Shown here one piece after another: positions 37,010 through 38,226 of a stretch of DNA of 38,226 nucleotides. A model generated the notes under the pieces. That model did no database searches and was not told where the DNA came from. It saw nothing but the letters and a program-made list of their open reading frames with translations. The DNA lies in the NCBI GenBank assembly GCA_003990765.1, contig RBNJ01000165.1, forward strand, positions 1 to 38,226. The letters are read 5' to 3'. The position numbers and the translations under genes were made by a program. Every line of letters starts with the position of its first letter. The stretch's first letter is position 1. The DNA comes from Jimgerdemannia flammicorona. Its lineage: Eukaryota.

Positions 37010-37451
37010 TGCAGCTGCCCTCAAGATCACTAGTACTGCCCAATGAGCCATAGAGAGACAGTGGTGTACCACTGAACTACCAACAATGGAGGAATCCTTT
37101 GATAGTATACAGAGTATAGTCCAGACCCACCTGTCACAAATTTCGCACTTCAAGGCCTACCAGACGCGAACCAAGTTCTAGGAGTACTTCAAGCTAGGAC
37201 AACTACTGAATTCAAATCCGAGGATGGGAAAAGAAGACTGGATTAAAGAATGTCAGCTCACCTACACTCAGATCACAATTGCCAAGAGAGTGCACAAATT
37301 ATTCAAAGATGATGAACCAGCTTTAGCTCATCTCCGTGAAGTAATTCCGGGAGATTTTGGACAAATCAGGAGACAACATTGGAAGAACGTAATGGCACAG
37401 ATCACACAGTACAAGGAGATACAAATTGTAGAAGCCTGGGAGTTCGAGTGA
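36990..37451 (+). pseudogene. D3 ORF3, unknown ~153-aa protein between integrase and PPT
   Basis: ATG 36990 overlaps the IN end and is conserved in D1 (10301); one frame to TGA 37451 with three stops (37002 TAA, 37044 TGA, 37179 TAG), each one C>T from a sense codon. Confidence 0.65.
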
Positions 37452-37482
37452 ATAGGATACTTTAGGGATGAATCACCTATTC

Positions 37483-37491
37483 AGGAGGAAG
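37483..37491 (+). promoter_or_regulatory. Polypurine tract of D3
   Basis: AGGAGGAAG 1 nt before the 3' LTR TGTGACGG. Confidence 0.7.
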
Positions 37492-37492
37492 T

Positions 37493-37976
37493 TGTGACGG
37501 TTGATCTGAATTAGTAACATGAAACAGGGAAATTAAACATTTGATCATAGTACCTGAACCCAATTCCCAATATAGTATAGCCTTACAAAATAGCAGTCAT
37601 ATTTCACAAGTGTAGAAACTTTAGCAACCAAAGAAATTCTATAGATGTAAAATATTTCATGATTGTAAAGATCTTAACAAATGTAGAGAATTTACACTTG
37701 TAGAAATTGACTCACAGAAAACGTAGTCATAATTTAGCCACCTTATAGCTAGCAAAACTGTATAAATAACCCAGTATCTTCAAGTGAATAAACCTCAGAT
37801 CGAAATAGTTCAAAGCAAAGAGATAGCAAAGGAACTAGTAAGCCTGCAGGCAGATACACTTTGAACTCACCACCCTCTCCTGCAACTTCAAGAGACTCTG
37901 CGAGAGTCAGAACAGTCAAGTTTTCAAGATACAGAAATCCAACGTACTTTCAAGAGTAAGTGTCTGCTACGTTACA
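37493..37976 (+). repeat. D3 3' LTR (484 bp, U3 beta)
   Basis: TGTGACG...CGTTACA; distal ~230 bp near-identical to the 5' LTR, proximal ~250 bp resembles the D2 LTR instead. Confidence 0.92.
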
Positions 37977-37982
37977 ATATAT

Positions 37983-38226
37983 ATATTATAGATAATTAAA
38001 GTTATCTATCAGTCTTAGTTTTTAAGTTCTATAAGAAAGTACTAAGTTTCAAATACCTATTACTGAGATATAATCAAAATATTACTTTCAGATTCTTATA
38101 CTAGATAGAGATACTATATTTATATTCTAAGTTAATCAAACTTGGAATTATTAATAAGTCAGATCTGAGAATTCTTTAATAAGAATATATCTTTATTCTT
38201 AAGAGAAAAAAACAGAGCTGAGATTA
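37983..38226. repeat. Second copy of AT-rich relic repeat family E (runs off the right edge)
   Basis: Similar to ~29855-30125. Confidence 0.6.

Larger units (their letters stand above)
31254..37976 (+). mobile_element. Ty3/gypsy family D copy 3, structurally complete (6.7 kb), pseudogenised
   Basis: 5' LTR, PBS, ORF1, IN ORF, ORF3, PPT, 3' LTR; possible TSD ATATAC (31248-31253) / ATATAT (37977-37982). Confidence 0.95.

Noticed and set aside
36990..37451. env gene / endogenous retrovirus call for D3
   Set aside because: Too short; no signal peptide or TM segment visible

Overview
Eukaryotic, almost certainly fungal, genomic DNA; the kinase and LRR types suggest an early-diverging fungus such as Mucoromycota (inference). 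About 75% is a nest of decayed retrotransposons. There are three L1/Tx1-like non-LTR elements (A 1-~2285 minus; B ~4406-10278 plus, full length with poly(A); C ~18675-19890 minus), one Ty3/gypsy fragment with dUTPase upstream of protease (~2286-4405), and three copies of a second Ty3/gypsy family (D1 10279-16070 minus, D2 16131-~21702 plus, D3 31254-37976 plus with both LTRs). Family D shows three overlapping ORFs: gag-PR-dUTPase-RT-RH, a separately initiated integrase (junction conserved in all three copies), and an unknown ~153-aa ORF3. D3 has two LTRs with different U3 regions. A CpG-rich host island (~21.8-29.6 kb) holds a spliced minus-strand gene of at least 15 exons: a degenerate STE20-like kinase (GFG for DFG), a 15-aa P/Q/T/S repeat linker, eight one-exon-per-repeat RI-type LRRs and a second kinase. 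TE copies carry heavy C>T/G>A decay at both CpG and CpA. All coordinates and alignments were read by eye; no searches were run.
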